Part shown: positions 27,880-36,565 of the stretch, one piece after another
Numbering within the stretch: position 1 is the first letter of the stretch
Layout of the letters: the number at the start of each line of letters is the position of its first letter
DNA from: Cyanobacteriota bacterium
GTDB taxonomy: Bacteria > Cyanobacteriota > Cyanobacteriia > PCC-6307 > Cyanobiaceae
DNA: 45,487 nt
Assembly (NCBI GenBank): GCA_046047915.1
Contig: JBJOHB010000087.1
Coordinates: 1 to 45,487 of the forward strand
Direction of reading: 5' to 3'
Notes under the pieces: model-generated
What the model saw: the letters and a program-made list of their open reading frames with translations, nothing else
Told to the model about the DNA's origin: nothing
Databases searched by the model: none
Translations under genes and position numbers: made by a program

Positions 27880-29445
27880 TTGAACACCCGCAAGCGGCTC
27901 TGGCTGGCTCTGGCGCTGCTGCTGGCCGCGTTGGTCGCCGTGGGGATCGTCCTGCAGACCATCAACCAGTTGATCTGGCAGTTGTCAGCCGTGTTGCCCT
28001 ACGGACTGGTGGGGCCGGTGGTTGGCTTGCTGCTGCTGGCCGGTGCAATTCTGTTGCTGCAACTGGCCTGGCCCTGGTTGGGGACCTGGTTGCAGAGCTG
28101 GCGCCAAGGCTCCACCTCGCGCACGGCCGCCCAGGTCAAACCAGCGGCCAATCGCCGCGAGGCGGCGCGGCAGAACCTGGAGGCCATCGACCAGACCCTG
28201 GAGCAGGTACGGGATCAGGTCGAACGCCAACTGCTGCTGCAGGAACGCCAGCGCATGGCCCAGGACCTCGAACGGGGTGACCTGGTGCTGGTGGTGCTCG
28301 GAGCCGGCTCAGTCGGCAAGACCTCGCTGATCCGAGCCCTCCTCGGTGAGCTGGTCGGCGAGGTGGGCGCGGCGATGGGATCAACAGCGCGCAGTCACCG
28401 CTACCGCCTGCGGCTGCGTGGGTTGGAACGGGCGATCTGGCTGGTGGACACCCCTGGCATTCTTGAAAGCGGCAGTGATGGCCAGTCGCGCGAGCAGCTC
28501 GCGCGCGACCAGGCCTCCAAAGCCGATCTCCTGCTGCTGGTGGTGGACGGGGACCTGCGTCGGGCTGAGCTGGAGGTGTTTCAGGCCCTGGCGGGGCTTG
28601 GCAAGCGCCTGCTGCTGGTGCTCAACAAATGCGACCTGCGCGGCGAACAGGAAGAAGCCAGGCTGCTGGATCTGCTGCGCCAGCGCAGCCGCGGCAAACT
28701 CGACGGGGCCGATGTGATTCCCGTCAGCGCGGCACCACAAAGCATTCCAAGGCCAGGCGGGCAACCCCTGCAACCGGCCCCCGAGGTCGAGTCCTTGCTG
28801 CGCCGCATCGCTGCGGTCCTGCATCAGGACGGCGAAGAGCTGATTGCCGACAACCTGCTGCTGCAGTCGCGACGGCTGAGTGAGGCGACCCGCTTGCTGT
28901 TGTCCCGGCAACGCCAGCAGGATGCCGAGGCGATCATCGACCGCACGATGTGGACCTGCGCCGGGGTGTTGGCGGTCACGCCCCTGCCCGGTCTGGACCT
29001 GCTGGGCACGGCTGCGGTCAACGCCCAGATGGTGGTCGAGATCGCCCGGGTGTACGGGGTTCAGCTCAGCCGCCAAAGCGCCCAGGACCTGGCCATGTCC
29101 GTGGGGCGCACCCTGGCCGGACTGGGGTTGGTCAAGGGTGGCGTCAGCCTGCTGAGCACCAGCCTCAGCCTGAGCCTGCCCACCCTGCTGGTGGGACGAG
29201 CCCTGCAGGCCGCGACTGGCGCCTGGTTGACCCGGGTGGCCGGCTTGAGCTTCATCGCCTACTTCTCCCAGGACCAGACCTGGGGTGATGGCGGCATCCA
29301 GGATGTGGTGCAGCGGCAATTTGACCTGAGCCGCCGGGAGTCGGATCTGCGCCGTTTTCTGGAGACGGCGTTCAGCCGGGTGGTCGAGCCGTTGCAGCGG
29401 CAGCAGGAGAAACAACTGCCACCTCGCCGCCGCCAGAGCCGCTGA
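27880..29445 (+). CDS. Membrane-associated GTPase with a C-terminal DUF697/YcjF-like hydrophobic domain
   Basis: N-terminal TMs, a coiled segment, then G1 GAGSVGKTS, G3 DTPG and G4 NKCD. The C-terminal region has hydrophobic helices (CAGVLAVTPLPGLDLLGTAAVNAQMVVEIARVYG). The TTG start lies 3 nt after the PBP stop. Confidence 0.75.
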   Translation: MNTRKRLWLALALLLAALVAVGIVLQTINQLIWQLSAVLPYGLVGPVVGLLLLAGAILLLQLAWPWLGTWLQSWRQGSTSRTAAQVKPAANRREAARQNLEAIDQTLEQVRDQVERQLLLQERQRMAQDLERGDLVLVVLGAGSVGKTSLIRALLGELVGEVGAAMGSTARSHRYRLRLRGLERAIWLVDTPGILESGSDGQSREQLARDQASKADLLLLVVDGDLRRAELEVFQALAGLGKRLLLVLNKCDLRGEQEEARLLDLLRQRSRGKLDGADVIPVSAAPQSIPRPGGQPLQPAPEVESLLRRIAAVLHQDGEELIADNLLLQSRRLSEATRLLLSRQRQQDAEAIIDRTMWTCAGVLAVTPLPGLDLLGTAAVNAQMVVEIARVYGVQLSRQSAQDLAMSVGRTLAGLGLVKGGVSLLSTSLSLSLPTLLVGRALQAATGAWLTRVAGLSFIAYFSQDQTWGDGGIQDVVQRQFDLSRRESDLRRFLETAFSRVVEPLQRQQEKQLPPRRRQSR

Positions 29446-29584
29446 ACCCCAGCGCTTCCGGTGGAGGAGGCTGCAGGGGTCCGCGGCTGTCGAGCACGGT
29501 GATCAGCACCAGATAGGCCACACCGATCAGCACCGACAGGGCACCGGTGATCACGGCGACCCAGCGTCCACGGGTTTGACTCAT
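29372..29584 (-). CDS. Possible 70-aa single-TM protein translationally coupled to the decarboxylase
   Basis: The ATG at 29584 overlaps the decarboxylase stop (ATGA). Sequence: MSQTRGRWVAVITGALSVLIGVAYLVLITVLDSRGPLQPPPPEALG.. It is embedded in spurious track ORF 29372..30226. Its last ~74 nt overlap the convergent GTPase gene, so the true C-terminus is uncertain. Confidence 0.4.
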   Translation of the reverse strand: MSQTRGRWVAVITGALSVLIGVAYLVLITVLDSRGPLQPPPPEALGFSGSGGGEVAVVSPAAAATARPPG

Positions 29585-31026
29585 GGCTGGGGGGGGAGGC
29601 TGGACCCCACGATCGCAGCCAGCTGCTCGAGCTGGGCGGGGCGGGTATGGGGATTGCCCAGCACCGCCTTGAGGTGGTGACGGCCCTGGTAGAGGGGGCG
29701 CGAGAGCATCAACTGGGCTGCCAACAGCTGTTGACGGGTCACCTGGCTCCAGTGGTCGGCCTGCTCGGCCGACAGGCCGATTGGGGTCATCGCCAACAGG
29801 TGCAGATCCCCCCCCCGCAACGACAGCCCCGGCACCGTGCTGAGCAGACGCTGCAGGCAATGGGTGCGTTCGATTGCCCCGTCCAACACGGCGCGGATGC
29901 CGCTCTGGCCCAGTTGCCGCAGCCCCAGCCAGAGTTTCAGGGCCTCGGCCGGGCGGGTGCCCTGCAGACCGCACTCGCCGCCATGACTGCCGCCCCAGCT
30001 GGCCTCCATGTAGGGAAGGCCGGTGGCAAACACCTGGGCCAGCAGCTCGGGCCGGGCCAACAGCAACAACGAGGAGGTCTTGGTGATGCCCAGCAGCTTC
30101 TGGGGATTGACCGTGACCGAATCGGCGAGGCCCAGCCCCGCAACACGCTGACCATGACCCGGGTCCAGCGCATAAACCGCACCGATGGCGCCATCGACAT
30201 GCAGCCAGACCCCCTGGCTGCGGCACAGGCTGGCGATCGGCACCAACGGATCGACCGCCCCGCAGACCGTGGTGCCGGCCGTCGCCACGACGGCCAGCAC
30301 GGGTACGCCCTGGCGGCTGCAGCGCTCGAGCTCGTGGGCCAGCGCCTCGGTCTGCAGACGACCGGCCCGATCGACGGGCAGCCGCCGCAGGGCTGTGGGG
30401 GGCAGACCCATCACCATCAGGGCTTTGGCCAGCGAAACATGGGCATCGCTGCTGGCCAGCACCACTGCATCGGTGCAGCGCTGCAGGCCCTGGTGCTGGC
30501 GAGCGACGACCAGGGCCGTGAGGTTCGAGAGCGTGCCACCACTGGCGGGCACCCCAGCACTGCCAGGTGGCAGGCCGATGGCTTCGGCCAGCCAGGCGCA
30601 GAGGCTGCGCTCAAGCCGCGTCAGGCTGGGGGAAAGCTCCTCGGCGAGCAGGTTGTTGTTGAGGCCGGCACAGACCATCTCGGCCGCAATCGAGGCCGGC
30701 AGCGGCGGTGGGTCCAGATGGGCCAGGGCGCCGGGATGGTTGGGGTTGTAAGCCCCTTCCATCACCTGTTGCAGGTCAGCCAGCAAGGCAGTGCTGTCCA
30801 GTCCGTTGACCAGGGGGGCCACCGCTGGGGTCAGACCCAGGGCTGGCAGCGGCGCGCGATCAGCAGCACTGCCCAACCAGTGACACAGCATCCGCGAGGC
30901 AGCATCCAGCAGGCCCTGCAGGTCCGGATCCACCTGCGCAGGACTGGCAAAGGGCAGGGCGTCGCTGGCCCATGGGGCTGGGGGCGCAAGGGCCAACGGC
31001 TGACGCTGCAAAGATCCCATTGTCAC
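29581..31026 (-). CDS. Group II pyridoxal-phosphate-dependent amino-acid decarboxylase, substrate unknown
   Basis: NPNHPGALAHLDPPPLPASIAAEMVCAGLNNN, SGGTLSNLTALVVAR, VVATAGTTVCGAVDPL, LHVDGAIGA, and SVTVNPQKLLG (PLP lysine). Confidence 0.85.
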   Translation of the reverse strand: MTMGSLQRQPLALAPPAPWASDALPFASPAQVDPDLQGLLDAASRMLCHWLGSAADRAPLPALGLTPAVAPLVNGLDSTALLADLQQVMEGAYNPNHPGALAHLDPPPLPASIAAEMVCAGLNNNLLAEELSPSLTRLERSLCAWLAEAIGLPPGSAGVPASGGTLSNLTALVVARQHQGLQRCTDAVVLASSDAHVSLAKALMVMGLPPTALRRLPVDRAGRLQTEALAHELERCSRQGVPVLAVVATAGTTVCGAVDPLVPIASLCRSQGVWLHVDGAIGAVYALDPGHGQRVAGLGLADSVTVNPQKLLGITKTSSLLLLARPELLAQVFATGLPYMEASWGGSHGGECGLQGTRPAEALKLWLGLRQLGQSGIRAVLDGAIERTHCLQRLLSTVPGLSLRGGDLHLLAMTPIGLSAEQADHWSQVTRQQLLAAQLMLSRPLYQGRHHLKAVLGNPHTRPAQLEQLAAIVGSSLPPQP

Positions 31027-31031
31027 CTGCC

Positions 31032-31568
31032 ATGCTCATGGTCATGGTGTCCATGGCTCCCGAGCGCCCCCGTCTTCCGCAGGCCCAAGACCCTGAACTG
31101 GAGCTGTGGATGGCCAGGCTGCTGCGGCTGGCCGAACGCGTCGGACGCGACGGCGAGGTTCCCGTCGCTGCAGTGCTACTCGACCAGCATCTGCGCTGCA
31201 TCGGCTGGGGCAGCAACGGCCGCCATCGCCGGGCCGATCCGCTCGGCCATGCCGAGCTGCAGGCCCTGCAGCAGGGAGCGCGATTGCTGGGTGACTGGCG
31301 TTTCAACCACTGCACCCTGGTGGTCACCTTGGAGCCTTGCCCAATGTGTGCCGGGGCTCTGATTCAGGCCCGGGTGGGACGGGTGGTGTTTGGGGCGTCC
31401 GATGCCAAACGCGGGGCTCTGGGCGGATGTCTGGATCTGGCAAGCGATCCCAGCGCGCACCATCATCTGGAGGTGCGCGCTGGGATCCTGGGCCAGCAGG
31501 CCTCCGACCAGCTAGCCCAGTGGTTCAGACAGCGACGGGGGTCGAGGTCGCGTTGGCCGCCGACCTGA
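31032..31568 (+). CDS. tadA: tRNA-specific adenosine deaminase (CMP/dCMP deaminase fold)
   Basis: Zinc motifs HAELQAL and LEPCPMCAGAL. The track start at 30972 overlaps the divergent decarboxylase. Four ATGs between 31032 and 31053 are more plausible starts. Confidence 0.85.
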   Translation: MLMVMVSMAPERPRLPQAQDPELELWMARLLRLAERVGRDGEVPVAAVLLDQHLRCIGWGSNGRHRRADPLGHAELQALQQGARLLGDWRFNHCTLVVTLEPCPMCAGALIQARVGRVVFGASDAKRGALGGCLDLASDPSAHHHLEVRAGILGQQASDQLAQWFRQRRGSRSRWPPT

Positions 31569-32721
31569 ACCGAGGCAATTCGGAGCCCAGCAGGTCCAGC
31601 AGGCGATCGACATTCTTGGCTTGGCTGTTGTAGCCCATCAAGCCGATGCGCCAGACCTTGCCGGCCAGGGCCCCCAGACCACCGCCAACCTCGATTCCAT
31701 AGGTGTTCAGGAGGTGGAGGCTGAAGGCCTTGCCATCCACACCTTCGGGGATGCGCACGGTCGTGAGGGTGGGCAAACGCAGCGGTTCAGGAACATGCAG
31801 TTCCAGTCCCAGACGCTCCAGTCCTGCCCACAGCCGTTCTGCATTGCTGCGGTGACGGGCCCAGGCCGCCTCGAGACCCTCGTTGGCGAGCAGGCGCAGG
31901 GCCTCACGCATGCCGAAGTTCATGTTGACGGGGGCTGTGTGGTGATAAACCCGGTCACTACCCCAGTACTGGTTGAGCAGGGTGACGTCGAGGTACCAGT
32001 TGGGCACCTTGCCCTGGCGCCCCATCATCTTGGCCTCAGCCCTGGGACCCATGGTGAAGGGGCCCAGCCCCGGAGGGCAGCTCAAACCCTTCTGGCTGCA
32101 GCTGTAAGCCAGATCGACCTTCCAATCATCGAGAAACAGGGGCACCCCACCCAGGGAGGTGACGGTGTCCAGCAACAGCAGACAATCGTTGGCGCGGCAC
32201 AGGTCACCGATGCCCTCCATCGGCTGGCACACCCCGGTCGAAGTCTCGGCATGCACCATCGCCAGAATGGCTGGCTTGTGGGTGCTCACCGCCTGCTCGA
32301 GCTCGGCCAGGGTAAAGGCTTCGCCCCAGGGCTTTTCAATTGTGACCACATTGGCCCGGTAGCGGCCGGCCATGTCGGCCAGCCGCAGGCCGAAATAGCC
32401 CATGACCGCCACCAGCACGGTGTCACCGGGCTCGATGGTGTTGGCCAGGGTGGCTTCCATCGCGGCACTGCCGGTGCCGCTCATCGGAATGGTGAGGCGA
32501 TTGTCGGTCTGCCAGGCGTAGCGCAACAGCTCCTGGACCTCGCCCATCAGCTCCACATAGAGCGGATCGAGGTGTCCAATCGGGGTGCGGCTCAGGGCTT
32601 CCAGCACCGTGGGGTGGGCGTTGGAAGGACCCGGACCGAGCAACAACCGGGACGGCGTGTTGATCGGGTCGAGCGAACGGCGGTGGTGAGACTGAACAGG
32701 AGGCAGCACGGAGGAAGGCAA
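31525..32721 (-). CDS. Class V aminotransferase (serine:pyruvate / alanine:glyoxylate aminotransferase type)
   Basis: [36 protein letters not shown], and SCSQKGL (PLP lysine). Length is 398 aa. The 3' end overlaps tadA by 44 nt. Confidence 0.85.
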   Translation of the reverse strand: MPSSVLPPVQSHHRRSLDPINTPSRLLLGPGPSNAHPTVLEALSRTPIGHLDPLYVELMGEVQELLRYAWQTDNRLTIPMSGTGSAAMEATLANTIEPGDTVLVAVMGYFGLRLADMAGRYRANVVTIEKPWGEAFTLAELEQAVSTHKPAILAMVHAETSTGVCQPMEGIGDLCRANDCLLLLDTVTSLGGVPLFLDDWKVDLAYSCSQKGLSCPPGLGPFTMGPRAEAKMMGRQGKVPNWYLDVTLLNQYWGSDRVYHHTAPVNMNFGMREALRLLANEGLEAAWARHRSNAERLWAGLERLGLELHVPEPLRLPTLTTVRIPEGVDGKAFSLHLLNTYGIEVGGGLGALAGKVWRIGLMGYNSQAKNVDRLLDLLGSELPRFRSAANATSTPVAV

Positions 32722-32761
32722 GGAAGCAGGCCGACGCGATGGATGGAGACTAAAAGGCCGC

Positions 32762-33283
32762 TCAGCGCGCCCTCACATCGTTGGCCGCCAGCCCGCGGCA
32801 GAGGTGCTCGAACGGCTGTCTGATCCACAGATCACCGCCGCCGATCCCCGCCGCGGAGGCCTGTTCACAGACCACATCGGCGAGCAGGGCGATGCTGCGA
32901 ACAGTCGGGCCCGTGGGCACACCCAGGCTCTTGTAGGTGTCATCGAGGCCGTTGAGCACCCGCTCATTGAGCATGGTGACGTCGTCAGCCACCAGGGCGT
33001 AGCTGGCGTAGCGCAGGAAATAGTCCATGTCCCGCAGGCAGGCCGAAAGCCGACGGGTGGTGTAGGCGTTGCCGCCGGGCAGGATCAGCTCGGGATCGGC
33101 CAGCCAGAGGCGCTGGGCCGCTTCACGGACGATGCCGGCCGCTTCACGGTTGATCAGCTCGACCACAGCCAAGCGAGCGGCGGCTTCGCTGTAATAGCCG
33201 TTCATGCGGTCCATGGCGTCGCGATCCAGGTACCGACCGAGCTGGTCATAGCGGCCGATCAGACCGGTGATGGCATCGCGCAT
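32762..33283 (-). CDS. aplA: Allophycocyanin-like phycobiliprotein-family protein
   Basis: Globin-like phycobiliprotein sequence with the chromophore cysteine context: [57 protein letters not shown]. It stands alone, away from any apc/cpc operon. The symbol is assigned by analogy to AplA-class proteins and is not verified. Confidence 0.75.
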   Translation of the reverse strand: MRDAITGLIGRYDQLGRYLDRDAMDRMNGYYSEAAARLAVVELINREAAGIVREAAQRLWLADPELILPGGNAYTTRRLSACLRDMDYFLRYASYALVADDVTMLNERVLNGLDDTYKSLGVPTGPTVRSIALLADVVCEQASAAGIGGGDLWIRQPFEHLCRGLAANDVRAR

Positions 33284-33429
33284 GGCGGAACGAACACGTC
33301 GCTTCAGCGCTGCGAAGGTAGCACCACTGAATCCACAGAACCCAGGCGAGAGCGGGGATCTGGGCCAATTGACAGAAACGGTTACGCAATGGGCGTCAGC
33401 CCATGCCGGAGGCGAGCAACCAACAAACG

Positions 33430-33443
33430 GTTACTACCGATAC
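33430..33443 (+). promoter_or_regulatory. NtcA-like binding site (GTT-N8-TAC) with a TAN3T -10 element upstream of glnA
   Basis: cGTTactaccgaTACa at 33430-33443, against the NtcA consensus GTA-N8-TAC. TACCGT (TAN3T) lies at 33467-33472, 23 nt downstream. The glnA ATG is at 33518. This is one mismatch from consensus and spacing is one nt longer than the textbook 22. Confidence 0.45.
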
Positions 33444-33517
33444 AAAAGGGGGCCACCCCTGATCCGTACCGTCCCGCTCAAGCCGCCAGCGGCGCGGCAT
33501 CACCGCTTTTCCGTGTC

Positions 33518-34936
33518 ATGGCCAAAACAGCCCAGGACGTTCTCAGACAGATCAAGGACGAGGGGATCGAGCTGGTCGATCTGAAATTCGTCGACCTCCA
33601 TGGCAAATGGCAGCACCTGACCGTTTGTCAGGACCTGATTGATGCCGAAGCCTTCAGCAGCGGCGTGGCCTTTGACGGGTCTTCGATCCGCGGCTGGAAG
33701 GCCATCAACGAGTCGGACATGGCGATGGTGCCCGACCCGAACACCGCCTGGATCGACCCCTTCTACAGCCATAAGACCCTGAGCCTGATCTGCTCGATCC
33801 AGGAGCCTCGCAGCGGTAAGCCCTACGCCCGTTGTCCGCGCGCCCTGGCCCAGAAGGCCCTCGATTACCTGGGCACCACCGGCATTGCCGACACCGCCTA
33901 TTTCGGTCCGGAACCCGAATTCTTTGTCTTCGACGACGTCCGTTACACCTCGGGCTCCGGCAGCAGCTTCTACAGCGTCGATTCGATCGAGGCGCCCTGG
34001 AACACCGACCGCCACGAGGAGGGCGGCAACCTGGCCTACAAGATCCAGCTGAAGGAGGGGTACTTCCCGGTCGCCCCCAACGACACGCTGCAGGACATGC
34101 GCACCGAGATGCTGCTGACCATGGGCAGCCTCGGTGTACCGATTGAAAAGCAGCACCACGAGGTGGCCACGGCGCAGCACGAGCTCGGGATCAAATTTGC
34201 CGAGCTGATCAGCGCCGCCGACAACGTGATGATCTACAAGTACGTGGTGCGCAATGTCGCCCGCAAGTACGGCAAGACCGCCACGTTCATGCCCAAGCCG
34301 GTGTTCGCCGACAACGGCAGCGGCATGCACGTGCACCAGAGCCTCTGGAAGGCTGGCAATCCGCTGTTCTTTGGCGAAGGCACCTACGCCAATTTGTCGC
34401 AGACGGCCCGCTGGTACATCGGCGGCCTGCTCAAGCACGCCCCCAGCTTCCTGGCCTTCACCAACCCCACGACCAACAGCTACAAGCGCCTGGTGCCCGG
34501 CTTTGAAGCCCCGGTGAACCTGGTGTACAGCCAGGGCAACCGCTCGGCTGCGGTGCGCATACCGCTCACCGGCCCCAGCCCCAAGGCCAAGCGCCTCGAG
34601 TTCCGCTCGGGCGATGCCCTCTCCAACCCCTATCTGGGCTTTGCCGCCATGCTGATGGCCGGCATCGACGGCATCAAGAACCAGATCGACCCCGGTGACG
34701 GCACCGATGTCGACCTGTTCGAGCTGTCGGCTGAGGAACTGGCCAAGATCTCGACCGTGCCCGCCTCGCTCAACGGCGCCCTGGAAGCCCTCGACGCTGA
34801 CAAGGACTACCTGCTGGCTGGTGGCGTCTTCACCGAAGACTTCATCAACAACTGGATCGCCCTCAAGTACGAGGAGGTGCAGCAGCTGCGCCAGCGGCCC
34901 CACCCCCACGAGTTCGTGATGTACTACGACGCCTGA
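33518..34936 (+). CDS. glnA: Glutamine synthetase type I
   Basis: Starts at the ATG at 33518: [36 protein letters not shown]. Other motifs: [57 protein letters not shown]. The 238 upstream codons of the track ORF are not GlnA-like. Confidence 0.96.
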   Translation: MAKTAQDVLRQIKDEGIELVDLKFVDLHGKWQHLTVCQDLIDAEAFSSGVAFDGSSIRGWKAINESDMAMVPDPNTAWIDPFYSHKTLSLICSIQEPRSGKPYARCPRALAQKALDYLGTTGIADTAYFGPEPEFFVFDDVRYTSGSGSSFYSVDSIEAPWNTDRHEEGGNLAYKIQLKEGYFPVAPNDTLQDMRTEMLLTMGSLGVPIEKQHHEVATAQHELGIKFAELISAADNVMIYKYVVRNVARKYGKTATFMPKPVFADNGSGMHVHQSLWKAGNPLFFGEGTYANLSQTARWYIGGLLKHAPSFLAFTNPTTNSYKRLVPGFEAPVNLVYSQGNRSAAVRIPLTGPSPKAKRLEFRSGDALSNPYLGFAAMLMAGIDGIKNQIDPGDGTDVDLFELSAEELAKISTVPASLNGALEALDADKDYLLAGGVFTEDFINNWIALKYEEVQQLRQRPHPHEFVMYYDA

Positions 34937-34959
34937 TCCCAGGCCTGAGCGAACGCACT

Positions 34960-34990
34960 GCCCCGGCCTTTGGCCGGGGCTTTTGCTTGC
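34960..34990 (+). terminator. Rho-independent terminator of glnA
   Basis: A 9-bp perfect GC stem, gccccggcc / ggccggggc, with a 3-nt loop, followed by ttttgcttgc. It starts 24 nt after the glnA stop. Confidence 0.8.
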
Positions 34991-35140
34991 TGGGCGGATG
35001 GCTGGCCTGGGTGACACCGTGATCGGCGTACCCCAGCATCTCGGTCCAGCCACGCCGCAGGTCCGTCATCCGTTGAAATGGAGAGCCCTGCAGCATCGCC
35101 TCGGCGAGAGCGGGGTTGGCCCGCCCTCCACCGCGTTTCC

Positions 35141-36199
35141 ATGGCTGATCCGCTGACCAAGCTTGCCTACCAGACCCTGCAGAACGGCAAGGGCCTGCTG
35201 GGGCTTGTGCACAAGGAGGCCAGCACCCGCCTGATGAACCTGCTGGCGCCCGATGGGGTCCCCAGCACCATTCCTGTGCCGCCCCGGATGATGCAAGAGC
35301 TGCGGTCATCGATGGACCGCTTGCATCAGCTCGACTGGGAGGAAGCGGAACGCGGCCTGTACCCCTCGTCGTTGCTGTTCGATGCCCCCTGGCTCGACTG
35401 GGCGGCTCGCTATCCCCTGGTGTGGCTGGACACCCCCCGGACCTGGAGCCGCCGTCAAGAGCGCAATGTCCGTGACCTGCCCAAGGACGTCGACACCAGC
35501 GCCTATCCCGACTACTACCTCCAGAACTTTCATCACCAGACCGACGGGTACCTGAGCGAGACCTCGGCGTCGCTTTATGACCTGCAGGTCGAGATTCTGT
35601 TCAACGGCACGGCCGATCCGATGCGGCGCCGGGTGTTAGGCCCGCTGCTGCAGGGTCTGCAGACGTTTGGCGACCGACCCGAGGGACAGGTGCGCGTGCT
35701 CGATGTCGCCACCGGCACCGGTCGCACCCTGCGGCAACTGCGGGGCGCGTTACCCCAGGCCCAGCTTGTGGGGCTGGACCTGTCCCACGCCTACCTGCGG
35801 CAGGCCAACCGCTGGCTCAGCCAGTTGCCCGGCGAGCTGCCCCAGCTGGTGCAGGGCAACGCCGAAGCGATGCCGTTCATCGACGCCGGCTTCGAAGGGG
35901 TCACCTGCGTGTTTCTGTTGCACGAACTGCCACCGGAGGCCCGGCAGAACGTGCTCGACCAGTGCTTCAGGCTGCTGGTCCCGGGGGGAACGCTGGTGCT
36001 AGCCGATTCGGTCCAACTCGCCGATTCGCCACAGTTTGAGGTGGCCATGGAGAACTTCCGCAGGGTCTTCCATGAGCCCTATTACCCGGATTACATCCGC
36101 GATGACATCGATCAACGACTGCACAACGCCGGCTTTGAAACGGTGACCGCCAGCTCCCATTTCATGACCCGGGTCTGGTGCGCCCGCAAACCCCGCTGA
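35141..36199 (+). CDS. Class I SAM-dependent methyltransferase
   Basis: Motif I VLDVATGTGRTL and post-I LVGLDLS, then VTCVFLLHELP and LVPGGTLVLADS. I trimmed the start to the ATG at 35141 (MADPLTKLAYQTL). Confidence 0.8.
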   Translation: MADPLTKLAYQTLQNGKGLLGLVHKEASTRLMNLLAPDGVPSTIPVPPRMMQELRSSMDRLHQLDWEEAERGLYPSSLLFDAPWLDWAARYPLVWLDTPRTWSRRQERNVRDLPKDVDTSAYPDYYLQNFHHQTDGYLSETSASLYDLQVEILFNGTADPMRRRVLGPLLQGLQTFGDRPEGQVRVLDVATGTGRTLRQLRGALPQAQLVGLDLSHAYLRQANRWLSQLPGELPQLVQGNAEAMPFIDAGFEGVTCVFLLHELPPEARQNVLDQCFRLLVPGGTLVLADSVQLADSPQFEVAMENFRRVFHEPYYPDYIRDDIDQRLHNAGFETVTASSHFMTRVWCARKPR

Positions 36200-36201
36200 A
36201 C

Positions 36202-36483
36202 TCAGCGCAGCAACCACCAGCCCAGGAGCAGCCCCAGGGTCCCCCAACGCAAAGGACGCCAGAACCATTCGCCGCTGCCGCCAGCACGCAGCGCTGGCGG
36301 CAGCGGATCGAGCAGCCGTTGGGCCAAGGCCAGGCGTTGGCGTTGGCGACGGCCCCTAACGCCACTGGCCAGTCGGGTCTGGGCCGGCAGACTCAGCAGT
36401 GCACCCAAATGGTGGAGCAGACCCGGAACGGCAGCACGGCCCTGCGTGGCGCCCCGCAACGGTTGGCGTGACTGGTGCATCAC
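36202..36483 (-). CDS. Doubtful 93-aa Arg-rich ORF with a hydrophobic Trp-rich tail
   Basis: ORF-track entry only. The C-terminus EWFWRPLRWGTLGLLLGWWLLR could be a membrane anchor. The Arg/Gly/Ala/Pro-rich composition is also what random GC-rich frames give. Its start lies inside repeat copy 1 of the 14-nt array. Confidence 0.3.
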   Translation of the reverse strand: MMHQSRQPLRGATQGRAAVPGLLHHLGALLSLPAQTRLASGVRGRRQRQRLALAQRLLDPLPPALRAGGSGEWFWRPLRWGTLGLLLGWWLLR

Positions 36484-36514
36484 AGGCTGTGGATCACAGG
36501 CGGTGCATCACAGA
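36474..36514. repeat. Three direct 13-mer repeats at an exact 14-nt period
   Basis: Read directly: GGTGCATCACAGG (36474-36486), TGTGGATCACAGG (36488-36500), GGTGCATCACAGA (36502-36514). Copies 1 and 3 match at 12/13 positions. Copy 2 matches copy 1 at 11/13. Confidence 0.9.
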
Positions 36515-36526
36515 CAGGGTGCCACG

Positions 36527-36540
36527 GCCATCAGGATGGC
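36527..36540. repeat. 14-bp palindrome GCCATC-AG-GATGGC
   Basis: Read directly. It lies 12 nt after the repeat array and 26 nt upstream of the GTG of the 103-aa ORF. The 2-nt spacer is too short for a hairpin loop, so it looks like a dimer-binding site. Confidence 0.85.
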
Positions 36541-36565
36541 AGCACGATCTTGAGCAGCCACCATT

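Noticed and set aside
32804-33517. 238-codon N-terminal extension of the glnA ORF
   Set aside because: It runs antisense through the allophycocyanin-like gene and across the promoter region. The canonical GlnA N-terminus ([18 protein letters not shown]) starts at 33518.
33284-33517. Glutamine riboswitch (glnA RNA motif) or another structured leader in front of glnA
   Set aside because: With the proposed -10 at 33467-33472 the leader would be only about 40 nt. I could not find the conserved E-loop/pseudoknot sequence blocks I remember for that motif. I saw only a trivial GGGG/CCCC stem.
33500-35053. 517-aa ORF antisense to glnA. Similar very long antisense or off-frame ORFs include 25990..27768, 29647..31362, 42820..44094, 12786..13880, 11301..12563, 28381..29415 and 15115..16197.
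   Set aside because: Each lies opposite, or out of frame with, a gene that has unmistakable conserved motifs. Their translations are Gly/Ala/Arg/Pro/Gln-rich with no motifs. In GC-rich DNA, stop codons are rare in shadow frames, so long spurious ORFs are expected.
34991-35140. tRNA or sRNA gene in the 200-nt gap after the glnA terminator
   Set aside because: There is no T-loop (GTTCRAWYC-like) or cloverleaf arrangement, and no second terminator. The gap most likely holds the promoter and leader of the methyltransferase gene. This cannot be excluded without transcript data.
36178-36471. 97-aa plus-strand Gln/Pro-rich ORF overlapping the methyltransferase end
   Set aside because: It has low-complexity Q/P/A composition, begins inside the methyltransferase gene in another frame, and has no motif. 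It is less plausible than the already doubtful minus-strand 93-aa ORF.
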